From Sphagnum compactum (taxonomy: Eukaryota), in NCBI GenBank assembly GCA_965153455.1, contig OZ234494.1:5146001-5210000 (forward strand): a DNA stretch of 64,000 nucleotides, read 5' to 3'. A program made the position numbers and the translations under genes. A model generated the notes under the pieces. It saw only the letters and a program-made list of their open reading frames with translations. It made no database searches and was not told the origin of the DNA. Below are positions 12,795-27,468 of the stretch, piece after piece. Position 1 is the first letter of the stretch. Each line of letters begins with the position of its first letter.

Positions 12795-13900
12795 CATTAG
12801 AAGAAAAATGGTCTCTGTCATTATGTTTTAGTCACTTGCATCATATGCAACTAAAAATCCTTTAGTTGTTTTGGACAAGTCACATGTGTCCTTAGTTGCA
12901 GATGATGAATGAAGTCAAAGTCAACATATATGGTTTCATTCGTATGTGAAATGTATGGTCTACGCAATTACCATGTGACTAAATTAGTTGGACCTTACAT
13001 TGTGCCATGTGTACAATTAACAACAAATGACAATATGACACATGGCATGTTTATTAACCTAGGGAAACCTAGCATAAACTAATGAGATGTGGTCTTTAGT
13101 AAATTAAAAGGGAACACATATTTGTACAAATAGACATGTGGCAATTTATAGGTAGCCTAGGGAAGCTTAAAGTACTTGGGTTGAATCCACATAGGTAGGT
13201 TAACAGGTTGGCCTATTTACTTATCTACCTAGCTTAGCCTTACCTACCTATGCTAGATAGGTAGGTTTAAATTAAGTAAACAACTAAGTAGGCATATGTT
13301 AGGAAACTAATTAGGTTTTTTGTATCCTATTTTATTTCAAGTTTAACATTTAAAGGTCAAGTCTATTTGATTGGTTCATCCTAAATGACACTTGGTTTTT
13401 AATGTTATTTATGTATTTTCAATGTTCTACTCCATTTAACTTTATATAGTTCCCAAAATTGAAAGTAAAAACAAAAGATATGAGATAAATTTTTAGTTGC
13501 AATCTAATTGTAACCTACTCATATGTGCTAACAACTATTAATTAACTAATTATATTAAGTTATGTTAGGTTAAACTAATGATTTAGGTTAGATTTAGTTT
13601 ACCTCCTAATTATGTCCATTATTTTAAGTAAAAAACATTAATAGATAATAATAATATATTATTATTAATGTAGCTAGTAGCTAACTTAGGTAAATATTTT
13701 ATTATTCTTATTATCTCACTTGTTATAGCTATTTACTAATTTTAATAGCTATAGTCATTTTTAAAAAATAATTCATGTTCATAATATTAAATATAATATC
13801 AAATAAATAAATTTCTATATTTTAATACAATATATATCTAATAATCATATTATTATTATTAAAATATTAATGTAACTAATGGCTAGCTATTTTTTCAATA
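12795..13900 (+). mobile_element. Second, more decayed copy of the 10875 CACTA-type element
   Basis: cattagaagaaaaatggtc ~ CACTAGTAGAAAATGGTC, followed by shared tgcaactaaaa..ttggacaagtc..tagttgca..aaagtcaaca. Right boundary approximate. Confidence 0.45.
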
Positions 13901-15451
13901 TTGCTTTTCTTACTATTTCATTTGTTATAACTTTTATTGCCAATTTTGAGAATTCAAATATCAAATTATAGATTCAAAAAACAAATCTCATAATTCAAAT
14001 ATAAAAATTTAAATTTAAATAATAATTTTCAAATTGCCCTATTGCTTTGCTAATTGTTTGGTTGGCTCCACATGGTCTACTTTGCAATTTCCATTTCTCA
14101 ATGTTGACTTTCAATCTAGACTTGTTTCTTCTTGCATTTGTTTCTTTTTTTTCAAACTATTTTTTTTGTATGTGGAAGTATGCTCTATTTCATTTCAAAC
14201 ATGTTATGTGTCTTTTCCCCTTCATTTCTAATTCTTTTATGGTTTTACACTTTGTTTATTGCTTATGGTTCTTGAAATTTTGTTGTGTATTTTTTACTCT
14301 AATGTGTAGCACTAACCAAACTATACATTTGTGATGGAAGCCTAAATGTTGATGTAATTTAGATTGAAATATGTGATTGAAGTTTTGGTACCTATTCAAC
14401 CTTGGCATACACTATACGTCTCACGCAACCTTTAGTTGAGAATTACCTAAAAATGTTTCGGAGAAAAAATCAAGCACGTTTTGAAATTGTAAGGTGTCTT
14501 GAAATGATTCAAGATGGGTTGGTGAAATGACTTGTGCATGCTCTAGAACATTTGGAAAGACATTTCCTTAAGAAACATTGAGAAAGTATTTTCTTTAAAG
14601 CAAATAAGCCAAGGTGTTGGTCAACCTTTGAATCCATAACTTCATTGCCAATCTCAAATGATTTTAAATTCTTGGTTTGAATGGAATTCATCCAATTAGG
14701 TCGTTGGGTCCATCACGTGAATCACAAGTTCAATGGTTGAATGTTATGTCAATGGAAATTTAGAGAAGATAAAATGTGCCCAAAATCGGTCACTATGAGG
14801 ACACGATTTACAAGGACACAATTTCAAGTTGTTGAAGAGTTTCCAAAATCCACTCCACAATGCACACAAACATGACTTATATATAAGAGATTTTTCAACA
14901 CTAGAGTTTCAAACTTGAGGGGCAACTAACTACCCAAGTGGTCTAGTAGGAAAGGACCCTTGGACTCCTATTAACGATTTTGCCACAAGGGGGAAAACCT
15001 AGTGTCCCTTATGTTATTGTTATGGGGCTGACTTGGTTTTATATCCTTTTAAAATGCCATACATGTTCTTCTTATATCACATGAGTGAACATGCAACCTT
15101 TGAGTCCCATTTGTTTATCTCTTTAGACATGTCATCCATGCATGGGGCTTGCATACTTTCATAGACGTGGTCATTGGTGACTTCACAAGATATTATCATA
15201 TCTTCCCACATTCTACCATCCAAGAGCTATTTTAAAGGATTTCAATAAATTTTATTTATTATTTATTTATATTTCAATTGCTTGGTGAATACATTTCACG
15301 GAAAGGAACTATGAAAATCTCTTGACCTAAAGGATAAACTCCTTATGAGGGGTGGAAATTTTCAGAGGTTTACTTAAATAAATAAGTTGATTCTATATAT
15401 ACTTACCCTATAACAAAGTTTGGAATTCCAATGGCTCCCAAACGTCACCTT

Positions 15452-15720
15452 GGGTGAACCAACGCCCATGTTGGTTGGTACCATGGTAAAAATCCCAAAA
15501 CACATTTAAATTATTTCTAAAATATTACAAATATCCCATGCTTAGACCCAAAAGCCTTTTATTTTAAGCATGGGATATTTGTAATATTTAGAAATAGTTT
15601 AAATGGCTTTTGAGATTTTTTAATTGTGAGTTCAAATTTAATATTTTTTGCGGCTTAATAACACCAGTAAGAGGCCTCACTCAAAAAGGTAAAGGTACCA
15701 ACATGGGTGCAGGTACACCC
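15452..15720. mobile_element. MITE with ~26-bp TIRs and internal palindrome
   Basis: TIRs gggtgaacc..ttggtacc / ggtaccaacatgggtgcaggtacaccc, with an internal inverted repeat ~15504-15545/15566-15605. Related copy in opposite orientation at 38466-40975. Confidence 0.7.
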
Positions 15721-18089
15721 TAGCCCCCAAAGCCCCCCATGTTCTTGTCATTGTTTACGTTTTATTTAGTTTGACACAAATGGACAACTCCATTGCGAAA
15801 AAAAAAAAGTTACACTAGGCTCATTGTCACTATTATTTTTCAATGAAGGGTTTTTTAATGCATTGGAAAAAAAAATGCAAGCATCCTAAATCTAACCAAA
15901 ATGAACTAGCCCCACCAACACACACCATGTGGGGTTGGTTCATGGAGGGTGGGCATGAAATGTTTCTCTATTGGCCTCTTATCCCATACCAAGTACAAAG
16001 GTTAGGTTTTTTCTTTAACAATTTGATTATTATTGTGCAATAAAAACACAAATAAATTTTTATACCCCCCTACTTTTTTTTTGACCACCTCTTGTCCCCC
16101 TTACCACTAACTACTCACTCACATGCCCCTTACCTACCCATGAACTATCTACATGCATTTACCTACTTATATATCACATGTTTGCTTCTACCTACTTACT
16201 AACTACCAACATGGCCCTACTTATATAGAAACCTACTATATGCCTCTACTACCTAATAGCACTTACAAAGTCCCCCCCCCAATACCTATTAACAATTAGA
16301 TGTATCTACCTACCTACCTTTTAAGTAGCTACCTACTTGCCCTAATCTACCTAATCGTGGTTATTGACATGCTTGAATCAATTATGATTTTGAATCTATG
16401 GTCACCAACTTGTTCATTTGCCTTTTATTTGTTCAACATACGAACATTCTTACTTATTTCATTTGTTCACATTCAATTTTAGATCTTTCATGTTACAAAA
16501 TAATGGAAATCCTTGGCCAAAGAACATTCATAAACAAAGAAAGTCAAATAATGGCATCCTAATATGCATTGTTTGTGTTTATATTTTAAAGTAAATTTTG
16601 CAGAGTGGTCAAGTTTTGCTTTTAAAAACACACTTTACATTGGGAAACATGTTTTTTTCAAAAAATCATTTTTAATTCTTAAAAATCATAAAGTGTTAAA
16701 ACTTTGTCACAAAAAAATCAGCACATCTCAATACTTTGAATTTTCATAACAAAATTTCAATCCCTCCCTATGGATAATCCCAAACACCAAAAAACTAAAA
16801 CCTCATTCACATTACGCTGAGTTTCGGCAAATTTTTAATCCTATACAAATAAGATGTTATGCAACAAGTACTGACAAGCTCTCTCTCTTCTTCTTTTTTC
16901 TTCTTTTTGTAGTGGAGTGGTGAGATAGAAGAAAAAGAAGGATAAAATGAAGTGAAAATAATGGAGAAGAAAAACAAAGGAGGAGGATGTGTTGTATCTA
17001 CTACCTATGGTGAAACTCTTCTGCATGGTGACAAAGAAAAAGGACAAGAAGATGTGGGAAAAAAGCAAGAATGAAGTGAAGAAAATTGAAGAGAAAATGA
17101 GAGAAGAAGAAGAAGGCCTCATGTACTTCCATTACATCTGGTGAAGCTCCTCTATTCAGTGGAGTGAGAAAGGAGGAAATGAAGGATAGGAAGAAGAGCA
17201 AAGGGGGAAAAATATCCCTTAAAACTTACTTGCAAAAAGGTTCAAGTATACTCTTGATAGACTTGATTTAAGGAGGACAAGTATTAGGGACATGATCTCC
17301 CTATTCATTTGATTAATAGTCACAATCTTACTCATTATTTTCCTTTAATTTGTAAGTTTTAATTTTAATATTATTAAATTATTGAATCTTAAATCTTTTT
17401 TTGTCCTTTAATTACCACTCTTTTGGATTAAAAGTGGTTCCCTTAAACTTGAAAAGGATTCGCTTGAAGTAGAACCCGTGTGCTCTCTGATTTTAGCCTC
17501 TAGCTTTTGAAGAGAAAATTTTAGTTTCTCCAAAAATATATATATTTGATGGAACCTTTGGTGAGGTAAAATGCCTTATTTGTCAAATTCTTAAACTTTT
17601 TTGTTCCAAAGCATGGCTCCATACTTTCCTCAATTTTTGGTCTGGTTTAGAGTTCATTCCGGGTTCCATATGGGTTGCAAAATTCGACATCGCCTATTTA
17701 AAACCACAGACATGAACAATTAGAACCCCCATGACCACGGAAAAAGCTTTAAAATTTATGGAAATGTTCTCAGATCTTTAAATTTTAATTTAAGTTTCAA
17801 TTTGAAAATGTGAGAAAGAGATAAGAATAATGGTAATGGTAGAGATAAGAATTAATCAATTTAATAATATCCCACTAACCCCTCCTCCCCCCTAACTTTT
17901 TAATTCTCAATTTGTATTGAATTTGTAACCATGAAAATACTCAAAATGCAATCATTCTTGCACTGTAGGTCTAAGAATTACAAACTCTCCCTAGTGTCAT
18001 CTAGGCCTTTATAGTGGTACTAAGAACATGGTGGGGTTGGTACCACAAACACAACATGGGCTTGGGGGTTCGGTGATCTCAACATGACA

Positions 18090-18340
18090 AAACAAGGGGT
18101 GTGTCACATTGTGGCCTTGCCATTTACATTAAAAAGTATGTTCATGCAAAAGAAGAATTATGGAAACTCAAACATTTCACCATCCAAAAATATAATCTTC
18201 AAAGAATCCTCTACAAGAAACCAAAATCCTTCAGGATATTATAACTCTTATACTAATCTCAAGTTTCAACACAAGCCAAAATATCAACTTAAAAAAATCC
18301 TCATATAAAAATAAACCTATTACCTAGGGGCCAAAATCCC
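18090..18340. repeat. ~250-bp interspersed repeat, copy 2
   Basis: Colinear with 6496-6750. Confidence 0.85.
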
Positions 18341-19969
18341 AAGGGTGATTTATTATGGCTACTTTGTGAAAGGCTCCAACACAAGAGATTTCATATTTGG
18401 CATGAGGAGAGGAGTAGGAACTAGTGTGAAAAATTGGGGGGTAGGAATTGAGCATGTGAGTGGCTTGAGGCAGTGTTGGGCAACTAGGGTAAATATGCCC
18501 CCCACCAAACATCACCCGGTAACCCAATGCCAGACTAGTGTAGACCAATGCTAGTGAATTGTCGCATGAATGTTTAAAAAGGTCTTATGATCAAATGTTC
18601 AGTCTTGGGAAATTGCGTTTAGTGTTTTTAACTATGTTCAAATGGAATATTATTTTTGTGTGGGAATGGGAAGTAGTCAACAATAAATTTTTAAAAAATG
18701 TTGTTGTTATATTTAAATATGTTTGGTGATTGGTGATGGGAGAAAAACGACACATTTTCATGCATATAGCTCAAAACAAATAAGGTGGAAAATATTTTAA
18801 TGAAGTTTTGAGTGTTTGGTTATTGGTGTGTTTTGAAACAATGTTTTGTTAAATGCAAGTAATTTCTTCAAATGCAATGATTGGTTTAAGAGTGGGTTGG
18901 ACTCATTTTCACAAAACAACAACAACAAATCCAAAGAGGGTGTTTGGTTATGGCGGTTTTTTTGTCACATTAAAAGACATGCAACTGTTCATAAATAAAC
19001 CCTAACAATGATATAATACATAAAACCCACCAAAGGACATCAAATCTTCGAGTAGAATAACAATTTCAACTTTGTTTATAATTCTTAGGTCCTAGTGCTT
19101 TAATGTTGAAAAATACAAGAACAAGCAACAATCAAAATCTACTAATGAAAATAGAGCATGTAAAAGAAGATAAGTCAAGTTTGAAATTTTATTTGTAGGT
19201 CTACAAGAGATTATTTCAAAATGGAACTATTGGAGATTGTTATAAACCTTATCCAATTTTCTGAAATTTTTTAAATAATTTTTAATGATGTAATTGATTT
19301 TTTTGTGTGGTGAATTTCCACCATTTTCAACAAGGGATTTTTTAAGAAAATAAAATAAAATTCACCAATTATTTTTAAAGGCTAGAATTTTATAATGGGT
19401 TCTAAAATGTGTAACCAAAATATTGAAGGATTTTAACACCTCTTTATATGGTCTCTAGCCAAAACATGGCTAAATTTTCTTGTGGATGATCTTGAACAAC
19501 ACCATAAAATTGAAAAAATAAAAATATTACAAAAAAATCCTTGATGTCACTATCCTTATTAGCATTTTTAATTCATTTATTATTACTACTATAAAATTCA
19601 TGTCTAAATATTTAAACATAGACTTATAACAAAACAAAAAATTTAAAAATGTTAAATCATGGTAAAAAATAAAATAAAAACATCTTGATAATTTTTTTTA
19701 ATTAAATATTAAAAGATACACACTCATATAAAATTTAAATATTTAATGAAAAAATTTAGCATGACTTTTTTTTCATACACCAAGAGAAAAAATTAGGGAT
19801 TATTTTGGGTTTTTTTAATGTGACATCATGAACATTCATAATAAAAAAACTTGTGGACATGATGCATGTTTAGAACAAACTAGGGAAAAAACATACATTT
19901 AAATTTATGTAAATGTGTAAGAATTTAATATATTAAAGTTTATAGTGTACAAGCCTACATGCACCCTAA

Positions 19970-20660
19970 AGTTTGCAAGTGTGAATATTTTGACCTAATC
20001 ATAAAACCATTCAATTATAAATGTGAGACCTATTAAATTTTGAAACATCCATCTCAAAATTGTGATGAATGCAAAATGCAATTAATGAGTAATGGATTTA
20101 ACACATTCAAAATGAATGATTCAAATCTTGTGCAAATGTTAATAGTTCAAAAGATGTGAAAAAAATCACCAACTCATTCAAATATAAATGTGAGGCATTA
20201 AATTATTGTGTGTGTTTCAAAATATACTAATATATGCAATATGCAACATTTGAATAATGAATTCAATAGGTTCAAAATGAATGATTCAATTCATGTATAG
20301 ATGTTGATAGTTCAAGAGATGTGGAAAAACCTATCGAACCGTTCAAGTTTGCAAAGCACCAAGTTGCATTGTGTTTTAATACAATTTAATACATGCAAGA
20401 TGCAACCTATGAATAATTATTTTAACATATTAAAAGTGCATGGTTTAACTCATGTACACATGTTGACAATTGAACAGATATGGAAAAATTTAATAATTCA
20501 TTCCAATATAAATGTGAGGTTTTACGTTGTTACATGTGTTTTAATAAACTATGGTAAGTGTAGAATGCAACCCATGAATGATTTCTATGTGTTAAAAGTG
20601 GATGGTTCAACTCATGTACCATGTTAATAGTTGAAAATATATTTTAAAAATCACTAATCC
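19970..20660. repeat. ~161-bp tandem repeat, about 4 copies
   Basis: atgttratagtt-like anchor at ~20138, 20301, 20460, 20621, with shared atataaatgtgag and tgcaacc(t/c)atgaat. Confidence 0.7.
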
Positions 20661-21804
20661 ATATAACACATTATGTAAACAAAATTAAAAGTTATCTCAA
20701 TTTCCACGTGAACAATTTGAAATTATTAAAAAATAAAATAAAGTTCAAATTATACTCATAAAAGAACAATATATTGATGATTAAGTAGTGCAACAAGCAA
20801 CTTACAAACTTAAGATGGCCAAATGTGCTTGAAATGTAATCAAATTGAACACTAATTGCAATGTGTGAAGGTGGAAAAGGACAAGATTTATTTTTGTGAT
20901 GGTAGCCCCTAAGATAGACTATGATAGCCCCTAAGGTATCTTATGATAGCCTATGGTAGCCCCTAAGTAGGCATAAATATTCTCTAGGTAGCTTACATAG
21001 CCCTTATGGTAGCCCCTAGGTAGGCCTATATTGTCTTAAGTAGGCCTTCTAAGTAGCTCAAAGGTAGGTTCCTAGGTAATTCATACGTAGTAATTCATAG
21101 GTATTTTGTAAACTTTAAAGTGGCCTTAAGTAGCCTTGGAAACCCCTAGATAACCTCTAGATAGGCTTATGTTGACCCTAGTAAGCCTAGATAGACCTTA
21201 AGTTACTTAGTTTACCTAGGCTTATATAGGTTAGGTAGGTTGAATAGGTGATTTAAGTAGGATTGAAAAAATGTTTATTAAAATGTGGTGACAAACTATT
21301 AATTCCACATAAAAAGTCTCAATGTAATGGTAAGGAGTTTGTTTGTCAAAGTGGCCATGAAAATGAGAGGATGAAATCCTAACACTTGCAATCTAATTTA
21401 GGATACATTACGTAATTTAGGTTGGTAAGTTAGGTTGCCTAGCCTAGACTATTAAACTTTTAGCAATCTAGGAACTAAGAGGCTAACCTAATGAGTTAGT
21501 TATTATTGAATTTAATTAACTATTAATGAATTCATTATGGTCATAGCAACTAGTCCCAATTCACTAGCAAGTTTGCCACTTTCACTATGGTAAATTTGTT
21601 GAAGTGCACTTAAAATTTAATGAAACACAAAGTGAATTTGGCCATATATTGTAATAATGTTGGAACTTGGATATAATTGCAAATGGGACAAACAAGTTGC
21701 AAATTAACCTTTCAATTTTCCTAAGGGGGTTTCATTGCTGGCCTTCTATAGTTTAACTTTTTGGTAAAAGTTTGCCACTAGAAAAGGTGTTGGTAGACAC
21801 ACTA

Positions 21805-23600
21805 ATACTCTTTGTGAAAAAAAAGAAAAGAAATTCTATGATTGTGTGTGGATTATTGTAGTGTGAACATAGTTACCATAATACATTATTGTTGATTTGG
21901 GGACTTGTCAAACAACTCGACCAAATAGAAGTGCCTACAATCTTTTGTGTGTAAAAGAAGGTGATGAATCAAAAACAACATTTCACACATATTATGGTCA
22001 TTTCAAGTATAATGTCATGTATTTTGGCCTTATGAATATTCCTACAATCTTTCAACACATGATAAACAACATATTTAAGGAGTTCTTTGATAATTTCGTG
22101 GTCATTTATTTCATGATAAATTGATATTTTCAAAGAAACCTATAAGAACATGAAAAACATGTGCATGTCTTCAACAAAATATGGGAGAAAATGCCATATG
22201 AAAAATTAAAGAAATGTCTTTTCCATCGATGTAAACTTGAGTTCTTGGGCTACATAATCTCTAATGATGAGTTTTCAATAAACCTAAAGAGAATTTAAAA
22301 TATTGTCGAGAATTATCCAACCATATTTTTAGTTTGAAATGTTCAATGTGTCTTGCGGTTCACAAATTTTTTTTCTAGTTTTTGTCAATGATTATTCAAA
22401 GATTATTATTGCTTCAATATGACCTACACACAAGGTGGGTCTTGGCACTTTAGGATGGACCAAAACTGGCCAAGAAAATAGTCCCCAAAAAAATATTTTG
22501 GATTTTTTTTACACTACATCACACCTAGACACATGCATTAGGGTCATTATTTTTAAAGTTTTAAAGCTTTCATTCCATTGAAAAATAAAAACATGTAAAG
22601 CTCATAGAAGGCATGTGTGTAAGATCCTAACATGAACCACCTTATTTTCAATATGTTATGGACTTTTGAAAAACAAATGATATTTACCCTTAAGCAAAAG
22701 TCCTTAACTCAATATTTTCATATAATTTGATACAAAAGATTTCAATAGTTTTTCATTATACTTTTAAATTAATCCAATTCTTTAACAAGTTTAAGATTCA
22801 ACCATTAACCCTAATCAAGTATGCATTTATCCAAGTGTTAAAAAAATGAACTATGATAAGAATAAGATAAATGAATTTCAAGAGTCTTAGATCAATAAGA
22901 AAATGGTTATAAAACAAGAGGAAAGCACGAAAAGAGGTTCGAATTTTCAATGGGTGTTAACAAGAGTGAATATTAGAGACTTGGCGGGGGACCTTTTAAT
23001 ACATTACTTTGTAAGAAAATGCATTAAGGCCTTCCTATGGGGCCATAGGGGTCCCATGCGAACACCTTGAAATCTACATCTTTTAAACAATGTAATAAGG
23101 AAGCCTAGGTGAACCTATGGTTCATGAACGACATTAAGAAGCTAAAAGCACCTCATAGACTTATGTCCCCTATAACCTATAGGCTTTTACTTGAAGCCAC
23201 ATATGTTACTACTTAATGTGTATTGGAAGTAAACAATTCCAAATATTATAATATAGATGTGTGTGTGTGTGTGTGTGCGTGGTTATGAAAACTAAATAAT
23301 GGGCGACATTTTCATATGTCCCTAACATAAGAACAAATTCAAATGGGACAACAATGTTGTAATTTTTTTGAAATGTTGAAAAATGTTTTCATCAAAGCTC
23401 CCATAGACCCATGTATACCCATTCAAACCAGTTTTCCTTGAAATAGATGCTTTAAAATTGTATTTTTAACATCATGTTGTCTTAATACGGGAATGACGAA
23501 TGATTACATCTTATTGGAATCCATTCAAGTATATTTTCAATGGCTAAAATAAACTAGGAAATTCATTATAAATAATTTCTAGGTATCATTTGCCATAAAT
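21805..23600 (+). pseudogene. Decayed Ty3/gypsy pol (RT and RNase H) split by an ~0.9-kb insertion (~22435-23323)
   Basis: FVKKK..CVDY..VNIVT, AYNLLCVKEGDESKTTFHTYYGHFKYNVMYFGLMNIPTIFQHMINNIFKEFFDNFVVIY, KLKKCLF..LEFLGYIIS. After the insertion NKFKW, KAP..PVFLEIDA and AKIN.EIH (RNase H) resume. Confidence 0.8.
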
Positions 23601-24656
23601 GGCATCCCCAACATCATGGCTAACATCATCATCAAAATCACTTCCAACATCATCACCAACATTATCTCCAATGTCATCATGGATCATGGATGGAGTTCAT
23701 CCATGAACTTCCACCTTTCATCCACCATACATCATAATGTAGCTAATAACTTGCCTAAGAAGATTCCTTAAAATATCTTGAGTTAATTTGAAAAGTTTTG
23801 AAACATCTTGACTTTATGTGAGATATTTTGAGATTATTTTTCTTGAGCTATTTCCTTAATAATGTATAAATAAAAGTGATTATCCTCATGTTACATTTAG
23901 TGTATTCAACACATGTCTAAGGAACAATCTTATAACATAACTTTGTTTTTTTATTTTCATGTTTTTGTAATAAAGTTATGTTTGAACTTATGTTTTGCAC
24001 ACTTCATGTTCTTGTCTTTGATTTTCATTTGATTTAATATTAGGCCTACTTTTGTCATGGTTTGTTAATGTCATTTGGAAATCTTTTTGTTTTTGTAGTT
24101 TTTGTGCCCATAGCAATTTGAACAAATTCCCATTAGGTTTATTCCTATTGTTGGTTTTATGATATTTCTTGTTTGGAAACCATGTTTGTGTCAAAAGAAG
24201 GTGGTGATGTCCATGGAAGAATTTACTATTGTCCCTAGAAATATGCAAAAAAATACACAACCACCTCTTCATGAATCCATTGTTCATCTTCAAAGTAATC
24301 ACGTTTTGACATCCTTGGGGTGTGTTTCCATAATGCAACCACAAGGAACCACAAATCAACTTGTTTGACAAGTTTGATGGAACACATTCAAAATTTTGAA
24401 GTTTTGTCAACCAAATGTGTATAATCATTTAACTTCATCCCCATTATTATCCAAGTGGCCTAGTCCAAATTGGATTCATTGGCATTTTATTATCAAACAC
24501 AACCCTTGCTTGGTTTGCACTTTTGTTGGAACATTAATCACCTTTACTTAATAACTTTGAAACATTCCTTAAGGAATTCAATGCCATTTTCAAATACTCA
24601 GACAAGGAATGCACATCCATTAACAAGTTGCAATATTTTCATCAATAATCATGTCT

Positions 24657-25571
24657 TGACACGCTCCTAATTCCTTGAAGGATTCAAATGTGAATCCTAA
24701 ACAGAAAACAACGGAAGAGCAAGGAGTCGGGGCACGTTCCTTGGCTCGCAACACTTTGAAGGGGTAGAGGGGCATACTGGAGCTCCGGGATGGGACTAGG
24801 AAGAATTAACAAGCTTCAATTACTCACACAGGCCTGCACAAAACCAACACAAGGTGGTTAGTGCATAGTTGGAGCATTTTTGGTGCTAGGACTAGCCACG
24901 AGCAACTCGAACTCATAAGACTCACCACGGCCCGGACTTGGGGGAAGCCACCACCTTCCCCCTTATAGTATACTCTGCACCTCTCCACGGGCGCCACATC
25001 CAAATGGCTTTTTGTCCCGGGACTCCCAAGTGAAAGTCCCGAAATTCCCACAACAAGGACTCCCGTAACTTTGGGGGCCCATACCTTCGCATGTAGACCT
25101 TTGATTGTGATGAAGTCTGAAGCAAAGTTGTAGCCCTTGTCAAGAGCTTTCCAACGGTATGTCTCACACCATCTGCACGCAAGGAAATTGGGTCGATTCC
25201 TAACTTTTAATGGTCGGGAGTCAAACTGCCAGTTTGACTCCTAGCCCTTCTTTTGGCCATAACTTGTGTTTAAGATGTCCAAATGGGTGATTCAAGCCCA
25301 TTTTAGACATTTACATTTCAATAGCTGTCCAATGATATAAAGAACTTTTCAATCGGATGGGTTTCGACCCCTGAAATTGCGCTCTAAAAATGTGGGAGTC
25401 CATTTGGGACTCTAACTCCCACAATGGGGGTTCACTTGGGAGTGTGAGGGTTCATTCCCTCACACTCTTTGCACTCCAGGGAGCATGTGATATGACTCCC
25501 GGGTCTCTTTCTTGGCCCGCAACCTTGCAACCCCTTGCCTTAGTTGCGAGCCCAAGGTTAAGGTTGCGACA
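24657..25571. mobile_element. Solo LTR (915 bp)
   Basis: TGAC...GCGACA termini with exact 5-bp TSD TGTCT (24652-24656, 25572-25576). Homologous to the LTR at 27038-34263. Confidence 0.92.
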
Positions 25572-26579
25572 TGTCTAGCCATAATGTATGCATCAAAATT
25601 CATATAATTGACTTGTGACATCTTATAGGACGAAATAATGCTAATGAATTAGTTTCAATTTGGGTTATGTAGCAATGCAAAGGATTTATTGTTCACCATA
25701 CCATATCCTTCAATTATAAATTAAGCCATTGCACAAATTGCAAAAGGTCAATGCAATGATAGGTTTTTTGAACATTAATAAGAAAAACATTGGGAACCAT
25801 CATTGACCCAAAGGGGGTGAAAGCAAGGTAAAGAAGATGGCTCATTATATGTGTCAAAAACATTATAATAAGCCATAAAAAAAACTTTGATGTATTAGAA
25901 GTAGAAATATTATTTTACATATATGTTTGCTAGAATCAAAAGCTATTTTTGTGAAAACCTCCATAAAAATTCGTCATTTTTTTATGGTTATTTCATTCCT
26001 CATAGCGGCTTTTTTAACATCTTCAGATATCTAATGTCAAATTGTCGCTTGTTTATTTATTTATCTTATAATAGAGTTGACCACCTTTTACGCATTGATT
26101 ATACGAGTTTATAAAAAACAACTAGCCCTTTTTTAACCAAAATTACGCTATGGCCGAAAAAAGGCCATGGCCAAAAACCAAGGCCGTAGAGCGCAACAAT
26201 TTAAAAAAATAAAATAAAATCTTTGGCCTCATTTTGCTCGTTGCTATGCGCCAAGTTTTAACCATCTACCCTCCTCTCTTTTGTCTGGCTAGTTTTTCTG
26301 TTTTCAAATGGTGTAAGAACAGGAAGCGCAGGAGCCCAATAGCTTCTGTTTGCATTTTGCTTTCTTTATTCTAGATGGTTTATTTTGATTTGAATCTAGC
26401 CAAGCAGAGCAAGGCGACCATAGCGATTGGATTGCTTACAACTTTTGGGCTTCATAACTTTCACCTGTAATTGGAATCATGGATTTGGAAAGTTGGGGGT
26501 TCAACACATAGTTGACTTTTTATGATTGTGATTAATTTTCGTTGTTCATTGTGGAACTGGTTGTAAAAGAGGGGGGTAA

Positions 26580-26962
26580 TGTCATGCACAATAAGTATTA
26601 ATGGAAGTTTATAATAAATGATTAAAATAATACCTCTAAATTTATTAGAAGGCCTAATTTCTAGAAACTTGTAGAAACAATTAATTGACTAAAATTTACA
26701 AAAGATTTAGTTAGTGAAATCTTTTAAAAGGTTGATGAACTTCTAGAAAGTTCATGGGATAATATAAGTAAAAGTCATGGGCACACTTTTCCATTTTATT
26801 GATGCAAGCTATGGCCTAAATAACATACTTCAATATCAAGCCTAATTTTGTATCATGCAACTTGGTCCATCAATAAAGACCATTTATTTTCATTTGTTAT
26901 TGGATTTTTAAATTAGCCAAGTCCATGTAGTTCTTTATTAAACGTTTTATTTGTCCATGACA
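26580..26962 (+). mobile_element. 3' LTR with upstream polypurine tract
   Basis: TGTCATG...CATGACA terminal inverted repeat, preceded by the purine tract aaaagagggggg (~26565-26576). Related to 8856-9288. Confidence 0.7.
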
Positions 26963-27468
26963 ACATGTGGAAAGATTGTCTATAATAACAAATGTCAAAG
27001 GTGTTGACTTATTCAAAGTTTCTTGAAATACAATAACTGACGCGCTCCCAAGTCCCTAATTAGCCCAACTTGGGATTAACTTGTTCAAGTTGCGAAAAAG
27101 GGAGGGACTTGGGGCACGCTCCCAGCCTTCAACACTAAGAGGGGTAGAGGGTCGTGTTGAAACCTTGGGATGGATTAGGAAGAGTGACAAGCTTTTCACT
27201 CAAATCTGCATCAAAACCAACCACAAGTTGGTTAGACCACTTTATGGATCACTTTGGTGCTAGGACAAAGCCATGGGCAACCTTGGACTCACTTGACTCA
27301 CCACGGCTCGGACTCGGGGGAAGCCACCACCTTCCCCCATATAGTATTCTTTGCAGCTCTCCGCGCGGCTCACCACGGGGCTCTCTTTTGTCTGGATGCG
27401 TATTAAAGAAGCTCACGATTCCATAGCCCGAATTCAACATTCTTTAACTTTTTCTTGAGCGCTTCTCG

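Noticed and set aside
24824-25578. Short ORFs within the solo LTRs (also 27081-27440 and 33716-34175)
   Set aside because: They lie inside TSD-bounded non-coding LTR sequence and have no recognisable domains.
23988-25900. Possible decayed transposase-like gene on the minus strand interrupted by the solo LTR
   Set aside because: Too many stops and frameshifts, and no motif I can name with confidence.
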